The notes under the pieces: generated by a model | Databases searched by the model: none | What the model was told of the DNA's origin: nothing | The model's input: the letters and a program-made list of their open reading frames with translations, nothing else | Part shown: one piece after another, positions 9,671-19,350 of the stretch | Position numbering within the stretch: the stretch's first letter is position 1 | How the letters are laid out: every line of letters starts with the position of its first letter | Origin: Octopus sinensis | Lineage: Eukaryota | Direction: 5' to 3' | DNA: 27,900 nt | NCBI RefSeq assembly: GCF_006345805.1 | Contig: NW_021835607.1 | Span: 1-27,900, forward strand | Program-made: the position numbers and the translations under genes

Positions 9671-9887
9671 TGGATTTCGTTGACAGGAGCTGAAACAAAT
9701 CAATCGTATATATATATGTATATATGTAAGTGTATGTGTGTGTCTTTGTGTCTGAGTTTCGCCCTCATCACTGCTTCACAGCTGCTGTTCATTTATTTAC
9801 ATCCACATAACTTACTGGTTTCACAAGAACAAACTAATAGAATAAGTACTAGGCTTATCAACATTAAAAAGCACTAGGCTGTGTCTC
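9671..9887 (+). mobile_element. Decayed, 5'-truncated group A SINE
   Basis: TGGATTTCGTTGACAGGAGCTGAAA, a central microsatellite and ATAGAATAAGTACTAGGCTT align with the group A centre and tail. Confidence 0.7.
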
Positions 9888-10899
9888 ATATTTTTGTTTG
9901 CCCACTCAGTTGTATCTATCAATTTATCTTTGTGTGTGTGTGTGTATGTATATATATATATATATATATAGCACCCTAATGGGAGCCTTAACTCCCAAAT
10001 TTTAGTCATTTCTTTTATGATCCAAAACTAGATCAAAAGTACTGAATGGATCTTTATGAAATTTGGAAATTATATTCTATGCATAAGGGTCATAACCCCC
10101 ATGACAATTCATATATTTTTGCTGTTGATGAAATTTTAACAATAGATATTAGACACAAATGAAGTAATATTTATAAAATGTCATCTTCTTACAAAGTTAG
10201 AAAGACCCCTCCATGGGGACTTAATACCCATAATTTTGTCATTTTATCTAAGCAAAAACGAATACAGTTGTGCTCTTAGAAGCTGTAGGGTTACCCGAGC
10301 ATAAAAATTGGGCGTTATTTCTAATTCAATGGTACAACAGTGTAACAGTTTGCTTTGACATACACTTACATTGTGATTTCTGCAATGTGGTGCATAAATT
10401 GTTAAGTAAATGAGAGGTATCTTTGTCTCTACTGATTCAGTTGCAAAGTGTTGAGTAAAGTTATTTGATTGCAGACCTCCTTTCAGTCTTTTTATTATCA
10501 CTTGGTCACACATAGTCCCCAGATGGTAACATTGATTACAAGGCCTCCCAGATGAGTGATTGGTTATTCAAAGACATTTATAGATTTTAAATTCATTCTG
10601 TCCAGTTACGTATCAGTATAGTGGTCATTTGCAAACTCCAGACGTGACACTTTAATATATCCTAAGCCCTCACGTCACACAGTTGATAATATTGATTTCA
10701 GTTGGGTCACACCCTTCCAATTGTTATAGATTCGTAATGCATCTTACGGCTGTGCCTGTCACCTTGATGGTGAGGAATCCTACATTGGGAGTGGTAACGA
10801 CTAGGGTAGGGTAACTGACTGCTTATTGTGATCATTCGTCTTTTGGTTTCCATGTGGCACGATTACAATTTTTTTAGGATTTGGAAAGAGGAAAATAAC

Positions 10900-11019
10900 C
10901 CTCATCTGCAATTTTGATGAAATTCGAAACATAGATATTCCAATTCATTCAGAAAATATAACAGAAAAGTCTAATTCTTCAATTGAATGTAACCGGGCAA
11001 CGCCGGGTATCTCTGATAG
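10900..11019 (+). mobile_element. Helitron-like 3' terminus; left boundary uncertain
   Basis: GC-rich hairpin ACCGGGCAACGCCGGGT (10992-11008) shortly before ATAG|T, a variant of the CTRR|T Helitron end. Confidence 0.6.
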
Positions 11020-11177
11020 TATATATATATATATATATATATAATTTAACATTTAAGCCTTCTGTAGTTTTTTCACTCTTTACTATTTTATATATATATA
11101 TATATATATACATATGTATAAATATATGTATATATATATATTTATATATACATATATACACACACATATATATATAC

Positions 11178-11209
<32 letters not shown>

Positions 11210-11462
11210 TGTATGTATATATATGTGTGTATATATATATAACGAAATGTATGCGTTTGTGTGTGCTTGTATTCATTTAAATATGGAAATATTTTAATGT
11301 GTATATGCACAAGGGCATACATACTACATCCACACAAAAACAGGCAAACACACACTCACTCACACACACACTCACACATTTACAACCTACGTGTGTGTAT
11401 ATATATATATATATATACATACATATATATATATATCTATATATATATATATATATTAATAT

Positions 11463-11510
<48 letters not shown>
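11020..11510. repeat. Long compound TA/TG/CA microsatellite tract
   Basis: Direct reading. Confidence 0.88.
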
Positions 11511-11511
<1 letters not shown>

Positions 11512-11679
11512 TGATGTGAATAAACACAATTGTATGGAGGACGTGTTAAATCAATGGAAATTTCCCTGCTAGTGTTAAGAAACTAATTATTCATTAGTCT
11601 CTACCTCAGACAAAATACTAAATTACAGACAAACGATTTTCTTAATTAAAAATGGTTTCTATTTGATTAGACATCAACT

Positions 11680-11970
11680 TTCAGTGATGATGTGATGCTG
11701 GTGTTATCAATGGTTGTAATAATCCTGGTTGGAATGGCATTAACTGTGATGGTGTTATTGGTGGCGGAGAGTGAAGTTAAGACTATGGTGATTGTTGTTG
11801 TGTAGTAATTGTGGTGCTGGTGGTGGTGCTGGTGGTGATGGTTGCTGCTGGTGGTCAGGGAGGAGATGGTATTGTTATTATTCTTAGTTGAGATTGTATA
11901 GATGATGGGTGTGCTGGTGGGGTGTGCTGGTGATGGTGGTGGCGTTTGTATTTTGATGATAATGTTGGAA
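11680..11970. repeat. Degenerate (GGT/GAT/GTT)n trinucleotide low-complexity region
   Basis: Direct reading; it explains the T/H/N/I-rich ORF 11667..12011. Confidence 0.85.
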
Positions 11971-12945
11971 GGCGGTATTTTTAATTGTTGAAGTGCTAAT
12001 GATGGTAACAACGCTTTAGGAATTATTTAATTTGGTTTCTGTAATTCATTGAATAAAGCTGCTTATAAAACTGAAAGAAGGAGACCATGTCGAAGTGCCG
12101 CCACTAGAACAAAATCCATCTGACAAATTGCAACAGTGAAATGGCGCTTGACTGAGCAACTGGCGATGTGTAAAGCATGATCATAGTTATCGCTAAAAGT
12201 TAAAACTGAGCCCGTTACTATTTTTGTTAATCTGTGGATCAGCTAAATAAGAATGAGAACGTTAAATCTGCACCCAGACAAGATCTACCTATTTCTGCGA
12301 GACCAACACCGAGTATTCGTGATGGTCTTGCATCGGTTATTATTGTAGTTGCTTAGCCTTAGGTTAACCCTGACCGAGCACATCCTTGAGGAAAGGCCTT
12401 CCAGTCGTGACCAATCCATATTCCAAAACATATCAAAAGCTGCATTATTCTGTGTATCCTTCCATATTAAAGACAGTAGAGTTTAATTTATGGCAGATTT
12501 CGCCGCTATTTCTAGCAGGCAGGCCAAGTGACCGTGGAGTGTTAAATGGTGACAGCAGTGAAGTAGATAGTACTGTTATTTGTTTTTGTGGCTTTGTCAA
12601 GTGAATGAGAAGCGCTCAGACCCTTTTTGATGTCCTCCGAGCCAATTGGATATCGACACGTTTGCTCTTTGTTGTACTACTTTTTTTTTTCTTTGCTGCT
12701 TTTAGTAAATCGTTAGTAAACTCGGAAACTGTATGTTGAAGGAAATAAGACAGCGTTTTAATGAGGTGACTTGTTTTTACAGGCACGGTGAACCAGGAGA
12801 TGGGACTATAGTATTTATGTTGGTTCCGTTTAACACGTGACTGGAGAATCGGGTGAATTTTGAAGCGTAAAAACTGAGGTTTGTAGAAGACAAGAAATGG
12901 ATTAAAAATAAGATAAATACATGCTGTTTGTATATCAATGTTTGG

Positions 12946-12997
12946 TTTTGTGTGTGTGCATGTGCACACACACACGCACACACACACACACACACAC

Positions 12998-13063
<66 letters not shown>

Positions 13064-13075
13064 GAGAGAGAGGAC
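12946..13075. repeat. Compound (TG)(CA)(TA)(GA) microsatellite
   Basis: Direct reading. Confidence 0.9.
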
Positions 13076-14006
13076 GAGGAAGAGGGAGTGAAAAAAACAG
13101 ACAGACTGTCTGACAGTCAGAGGGATGAGAAAAAGATCAATGTGTTTATGTGTTAGTGTGTTTGTATGTTAGTGTGTCTGTACACGTGTATGTATATGTA
13201 TGGGGGTTGCTGTTGAACAATCAATAAAGGAGAGGAATGGTAAATGGTAAACTCGTTGAGAAGAGACTAGCAACGTTTAATAAATGGATTATCTATAATC
13301 ACTTTTGAAACTTGTAAAAATTTGCACGCTTAAATACACATGCACATACAACAGATCGTAGACATATTGAAAGGAAATAGTCAAAGTCTTTATCTATCAT
13401 CCGATCGCCTTATCTATTTATCTAATTATTTATTTATTTACTGATCTATCAATCTAGCTATCTATCATATCCTGTGTTATCTGTATTTGAAGAAATTAAA
13501 AGGTTTATCGTAACATTAGCAATAATTTTTCCCATTTTTTTTCTGTCCAGCAAACGAAAGGCAAATCTCTTCTGATTTTGTTGGTAAAATCATGCCATAA
13601 TAATTAACAATAATTATGTACACAAGTTGTCTGCGAGAATGGCTTTCAAATAGTTCAGACTCAAAGTAGAATATGACAGATCGGGATTTATATCAACTAA
13701 AACAAAGTTTACATAAATGTGCTTCTGAGAATGTCCATAGCTATTTGCGTCTCACAAAGTTAATTGAATGCGTTGCAGAATGCGTTGTAAAAATTATACG
13801 TATATATAGGCGCAGGAGTGGCTGTGTGGTAAGTAGCTTGCTTACCAACCACATGGTTCCAGGTTCAGTCCCACTGCGTGGCACCTTGAGCAAGTGTCTT
13901 CTACTATAGCCTCGGACCGACCAAAGCCTTGTCAGTGGATTTGGTAGACAGAATCTGAAAAAAGTCTGTCGTGTGTATATATATATATTATATATATATA
14001 TATATA

Positions 14007-14148
14007 ATGGCAGCGTGGAAGGTGTTTGTAAGCCATTTAAGAAACACACAAAAGCCGTTCGATTCACTTCAACATTTAAGTTTAATTTGTCAATATATTT
14101 TCGTCGCTAAAATCCGCGACCTGTTCACTGACAAAAATCCGTGCGCAT
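14007..14148 (-). mobile_element. Short insert carrying a hammerhead-like motif, possibly a Penelope-like terminal repeat fragment
   Basis: Non-microsatellite 140-bp block flanked by (TA)n on both sides; it contains the motif at 14086-14135. Confidence 0.55.
14086..14135 (-). ncRNA. Minimal type I hammerhead-like motif with a G3:C8 variant core
   Basis: Minus strand reads UUUGUCA-GUGAACA-G-GUCGC-GGAUUUUA-GCGAC-GAAA-AUAUAU-UGACAAA, giving a 7-bp stem I and a 5-bp stem II. Position 16.1 is A rather than U, so this copy is probably inactive. Confidence 0.6.
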
Positions 14149-14157
14149 CATATATAT

Positions 14158-14246
<89 letters not shown>

Positions 14247-14816
14247 CATACATACACACATGTGTGTGTGTGAATATGTTTGTGTGTCTGTGTTTGCCCC
14301 CCCCCCCAACATTGCTTGACAACCGATGCCAGTGCGTTTACGTCCCCGTAACTTAGCGATTTGGCCAAAGGAGAACGATAGAATAAGTACTAGGCTTAGT
14401 CGATTTTCTCGACTAAAGGCGGTGCTCCAGCATGGCCGCAGTCAAATGACTGAAACAATTAAAGGAATAAAAGAATATGCCCGTGTTTGTAAAGTCAAAA
14501 TATTTACAGGCTTTTATGATGGGCAGCGGTAAAGAGAAAAGGTACGTGGTTTTAAGCAAATAAAAGTTATTCTGTCGAGGTAAAGCAGAGTAGAAGTTCG
14601 CAGCTAACAAATGAGTGGAAGGAGGAGGAAGCTTGCTCATGGCGGTTAGTGATGTCAAAGCGAGTGAGGAGACGTTTGTTCTCTTTTGATAGTGAAAAAA
14701 TGGCTAACAGACTACAAGTCTCTGTTTGAATAAAATAACTCACTTGTCGACGATATAACTCGAACATCGTCCCTATAAGATCGCTACATTTTCTTTATTA
14801 ATAAAATTAGATGTTT

Positions 14817-14885
14817 AGGCGGCGAGCTTAGCAGAATTATTAGCAAGCCGGTATTTCGTCGGTCTTTACGTTCTGAGTTCAAATT
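14817..14885 (+). mobile_element. Group B SINE head fragment with internal deletion
   Basis: GGCGGCGAGCT...TTTACGTTCTGAGTTCAAATTC matches the group B head. Confidence 0.75.
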
Positions 14886-14974
14886 CAAATTAGTCTAGTA
14901 TATATATTTATAAATTGATGGGTGGGCTATGTGGCTGAATTGGGTGCGTACGGAGACATGTAAACAATGATATC

Positions 14975-15210
14975 CGTTTCTTTATTACCCACAAGGGGCT
15001 ACACACAGAGGAGACAAACAAGGACAGACAAACGGATTAAGTCGATTACATCGACCCCAGTGCGTAACTGGTACTTAATTTGTCGACCCCGAAAGGATGA
15101 AAGGCAAAGTCGACCTCGGCGGAATTTGAACTCAGAACGTAACGGCAGACGAAATACAGCTACGCATTTCGCCCAGCGTGCTAACGGTTCTGCCAGCTCG
15201 CCGCCCTATT
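14975..15210 (-). mobile_element. tRNA-derived SINE, group B, young full-length copy with perfect 16-bp TSD
   Basis: TGTAAACAATGATATC occurs at 14959-14974 and 15211-15226; the body is highly similar to 3041-3275. Confidence 0.95.
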
Positions 15211-15499
15211 TGTAAACAATGATATCGTGTTCAATTCCCAGTGGTTCGACCCATCTTTTTTCAGTCAATTGTCTATATTTAGTCGCTTTAAATAGAGTAT
15301 ATATTATTATTACACAAATAATATATAATTATAGTTACTATAAACAGACCTATTTGGCCGCTCTTCTCCTTAGTTTTCAACCTTCGTGTTTGTTTAGAAA
15401 TACATATATATTCAACGGTCTTCCGCAAGTTTGCGTCTGTTTCTCATCGCTTGAAAACCGGTGTTGGTTTGTTTGTTGCTTTGTATGCTAGCGGGTCAA

Positions 15500-15615
15500 T
15501 AGAAAGAGAGGCAATAAGATTAGTACCATACTTGAAATACTTCCTGATGTCTATTTGATCGACTAACCTCTTCAAAGTGGTGCTTCAAAATGGCCACGGG
15601 TCAATGACAAGTTAA
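15500..15615 (+). mobile_element. Decayed group A SINE tail
   Basis: TTAGTACCATACTT...TTTGATCGACTAACCTCTTCAAAGTGGTGCTTCAAAATGGCCAC resembles the group A 3' tail. Confidence 0.55.
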
Positions 15616-15959
15616 ACGATGGATGTGTGGTGGGGTAGCTGTGTTTGTATATCAGTGAGTATATGTGTGAGAGCGCGCGCGTGTGTGTGCTTGAGTCTCC
15701 TATGTTGTCTTTATAGGCGGTCGGCGCATGAAATCTTCCTCTCTCAGGAGCAAGTTTGGGTAAGAATCTTCTTAGAAGTCTTGTAGTTGTTCTTGTATAC
15801 AAGCCTCTCTTCACCACATCACTGACGTTGTCCAAGAAAAGGACAAAACCGATTCAATTCGGGGCCCAGAGTCATAATCGCAGGTCTTGGCATTACAACG
15901 CAAAGAGACTATAAGACAATTTGTCCGGCAAATAAGCATCTTGCCAGTCTGTCTGCCTC

Positions 15960-16095
15960 CATTGGTGTTTATTACTCGACTCCCGTGAACGAATATCAAA
16001 GCTGATTACGGTGGGACTGAACTCAGAGCACGTACTGTTAGAATAATGCAATATGTTCCAGCCGACATTCAAACCATCCGGGCAATTTACCGCCA
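15960..16095 (-). mobile_element. Decayed group B-like SINE remnant
   Basis: TTATTACTCGACTCCC...GGGACTGAACTCAGAGC...ACCGCC loosely matches the reverse complement of the group B head and centre. Confidence 0.4.
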
Positions 16096-16548
16096 TACTT
16101 GTATGTGTCTGTGTGTGTGCGTGTGCGTGTGTGTGTGTACGTATGTGTCTTTCTGGAGATAAACGAAGAGTTTTCAATGCACAAGTCTACGAGTAGAATC
16201 GACCATTAGCTAAACAATAATGGTGTTTATCGGAAATATAGGTAGAGAGACGGACACCGGCATAACAATAATGTCCAACAGAATTGTAGGAAGACGATAG
16301 GAACACAGAGGAGACAATATGGTGTCAGTCGAAAACACACAAACAGAGAAAGATATCGACAAAACAATGGTGTTTCTATTGTGAAGAATATGCGAAACAG
16401 ATGCGAAACACAGACAGGCAAGAATCTCTCTGGAAACTAGACGAACGGATCGAACCGTTATTGAAATGTATTATTGTGGCCTTTTTTATTGGGAAAATAT
16501 TTTGGTTAACTTGTACGACATTCCAGTCTTTACACATAAATACACACA

Positions 16549-16745
16549 CATATGGCCTCACACACACACACATATGCCCTCAGACACACATACATATGCC
16601 CTCACACACACATATACCCTCAGACACACACACACACATATGCCCTCACACACACATATGCCCTCACACACACATATGCCCTCACACACACATATGCCCT
16701 CACACACACACATATGCCCTCACACACACATATGCCCTCTCTCAC
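16549..16745. repeat. Minisatellite: 10 copies of CATATGCCCT separated by variable (CA)n
   Basis: Cores at about 16549, 16571, 16593, 16611, 16637, 16655, 16673, 16691, 16711 and 16729; period 18-26 bp. Confidence 0.93.
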
Positions 16746-16799
16746 ATACACACACACACACACCACCACAGTCTTCACTCTCTGATGATGTTATTTCTT

Positions 16800-16925
16800 T
16801 TGTTGCCGTTTTGCTGTTGTTACTGCTACTGCTGCGGTTGCTACTTCTGCTACTTCTACAGCTTCTGCTGCTGCTGCTGTTGTTGTTGTTGTTGTTGTTG
16901 TCATCGTTGTTGTCGTCGCTGCTGC
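16800..16925. repeat. Degenerate (CTG/TTG/CTA/TCG)n trinucleotide tract
   Basis: Direct reading. Confidence 0.9.
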
Positions 16926-16979
16926 AAACACGCTTTCCTTTTTTAAATATAAGAGAAGTAATCCTTTGTAAATGACACA

Positions 16980-17110
16980 TTTTCGGCAGAAGTTCGGAAG
17001 GGAATAGATTCGATTAAATCGATCTTCAGCATATTATTGGCAGTTATTGATCTTGCAGAGGTAAAGGGGAGAACATAAAGTTATCCATCGCGGGATTTCA
17101 ATTCAAAACT
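16980..17110 (-). mobile_element. Decayed group B-like SINE remnant
   Basis: TCGATTAAATCGATCTTCAGC...GGGATTTCAATTCAAAAC loosely matches the reverse complement of the group B centre and B box. Confidence 0.4.
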
Positions 17111-17451
17111 TATATAATGCATAAGTAAATACCACAAGGTGTTTTGTCCGTCGGACCCTCTGCCGATTATGTCACCTGGAGGCCTCCATAAAAGAAATTA
17201 GAGTTTGTTATATTGACTCAAGACCACGAATTTGTTCGGGTAATTTTTTGGCGGTGGTGGTGGTCGTCGTCGTGGTGGTCGTGGCGGGGAAAACGGAATG
17301 GTGGGGGGGAATGGTGATGAATTAATGATTGGTTGATCTTTTATTTTATCAACTGCCTCTCTTCGGAAGGCAAAGCAAAAATGACTCGTGCGTGGATAAG
17401 TAGAAGTCTAGTGCGATGTTATACATACATACATACATACATATATATATA

Positions 17452-17868
17452 GGCGCAGGAGTGGCTGTGTGGTAAGTAGCTTGCTAACCAACCACATGGT
17501 TCCGGGTTCAGTCCCACTGCGTGGCATCTTGGACAAGTGTCTTCTGCTATATCCCCGGCCCGACCAATGCCTTGTGAGTGGATTTGGTAGACGGAAACTG
17601 AAAGAAGCCTGTCGTATATATTATATATATATATAAGTGTGTGTGTATATGTTTGTGTGTCTGTGTTTGTCCTCCTAGCACTTGCTGACAAACCGATGCT
17701 GGTGTGTTTACGTCCCCGTCACTTAGCGGTTCGGCAAAAGAGACCGATAGAATAAGTACTGGGCTTACAAAGAATAAGTCCCGGGGTCGATTTGCTCGAC
17801 TAAAGGCGGTGCTCCAGCATGGCCGCAGTCAAATGACTGAAACAAGTAAAAGAGTAAAGAATAAGAGT
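17452..17868 (+). mobile_element. tRNA-derived SINE, group A (CORE-like), young full-length copy
   Basis: A-box-like TGGCTGTGTGG, B-box-like GGTTCAGTCCC, TCTTGGACAAG segment (resembles the CORE CCTTGGGCAAG), central TA/TG tract and (AAGAGTA)-type tail. Confidence 0.95.
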
Positions 17869-18197
17869 ATATATATATATATTATATATATATATATAAT
17901 GCTGTTGTAATGCGTTGGTGTACTGAAGCAACAAGACCTATTTACTTGGGCTCAATTGATCTATCGATCTGTATATCTTTCTACGTCTGACTGTATGTTT
18001 AAATGCCTACTTATCTCTCTCATATAATCTATCAATACGGTTAAACATTAAAAAGCTAAACCAGTAATAAAACTGATATTGTCGTCTGTTATAACTATTC
18101 TTACAATTTTTTTTAATATGTTTTGAAGTCTCGACATTTTAGTTAATATCAATTTCTTGGTTTGCAGTAAACATTTAATGGCAAATCCACCATACTA

Positions 18198-18613
18198 CCC
18201 TTTTACTCTTTTACTTGTTTCAGTCATTTGACTGCGGCCATGCTGGAGCACCGCCTTTAGTCGAGCAAATCGACCCCGGGACTTATTCTTTGTAAGCCCA
18301 GTACTTATTCTATCGGTCTCTTTTTGCCGAACCGCTAAGTGACGGGGACATAAACACACCAGCATCGGTTGTCAAGCAATGCTAGGGGGGACAACACAGA
18401 CACACAAACACACCACATACATACATATATATATATATATATACATATATACGACGGGCTTTTTCAGTTTCCGTCTACCAAATCCACTCACAAGGCTTTG
18501 GTCGGCCAGAGGCTATAGTAGAAGACACTTGCCCAAGGTGCCACGCAGTGGGACTGAACCCGGAACCATGTGGCTGGTAAACAAGCTACTTACTACACAG
18601 CCACTCCTGTGCC
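18198..18613 (-). mobile_element. tRNA-derived SINE, group A, young full-length copy, inverted relative to 17452-17868
   Basis: The reverse complement aligns end to end with 17452-17868. Confidence 0.95.
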
Positions 18614-18969
18614 TATTAGAATAAGGTAGAGCATCTGGAGTGGTTCCAGTAGGTTCCTATTTCTAAATGATGTTTGATTTAAACCTCAACAACGGAACAT
18701 ATTTCTATATATATATATGTATACCAACTGTTTGTTGCTTCTATAGTACGTTGATTTTAATCTTTCGAATTGAAAGTCGAAAGAAATTTATCCACATACT
18801 GTGGACGTAACTTACAATATTAATATTATCAAGCATTTATTGTTATCAAAATCACTAAATCCCAAATTGTTTATTTAATGTTATCAGCTGGTTATTGCTA
18901 GCGAAAAGGTTTCGTCCCACAATGGCCAAAAGCGGCTTCTACTTCACATTTTAACTGTCTTTTACAAAA

Positions 18970-19129
18970 ATGTGTGTGTGTGAGTGTGTGTACGTGTGTG
19001 TGTGTATGTATGTATGTATCTATGTATGTATGTGTGTGCATGTGTTTGTGTGAGTCGATAGATAGATAAGTAGGTGTTTCTATGCCTGTATATGAATATA
19101 CATATACACAGACATATATACACCACACC

Positions 19130-19162
<33 letters not shown>

Positions 19163-19289
19163 CACGCACAGACGAATATGCATATATGTAAATACGTATA
19201 TACACGCAAACATATATATAGGTACGTATCCATACATTCGCGAGAATGTGTATACACATACACATACACACACACACCACGCACGCACG

Positions 19290-19346
<57 letters not shown>
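18970..19346. repeat. Compound TG/TATG/TA/CA microsatellite tract
   Basis: Direct reading. Confidence 0.88.

Positions 19347-19350
<4 letters not shown>

Larger units (their letters stand above)
13809..14474 (+). mobile_element. Group A SINE split by an insertion in its central microsatellite
   Basis: Head at 13809-13972 (GGCGCAGGAGTGGCTGTGTGG, B box GGTTCAGTCCC). Tail at about 14271-14474, lacking the ACAAAGAATAAGTCCYGGG segment. Foreign sequence lies at 14007-14148. Confidence 0.9.

Noticed and set aside
11667-12011. His/Thr/Asn-rich 114-aa ORF
   Set aside because: Translation of a degenerate trinucleotide tract, with no complexity or homology.
16549-16745. CRISPR-like look of a constant core with variable spacers
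   Set aside because: The core is only 10 bp, the spacers are simply (CA)n, the context is eukaryotic and there are no cas genes.
16401-16975. Overlapping ORFs with CPHTHI, MPSHTH and poly-C/poly-L repeats
   Set aside because: Produced by the minisatellite and CTG/TTG tract being open in all three frames.
16980-17030. Minus-strand CUGAAGA...GAAA
   Set aside because: No stem I pairing; the region is better explained as a decayed SINE centre.
17452-17525. tRNA gene (A-box and B-box-like motifs)
   Set aside because: No convincing cloverleaf; the motifs are the head of a multi-copy SINE that continues into non-tRNA body sequence.
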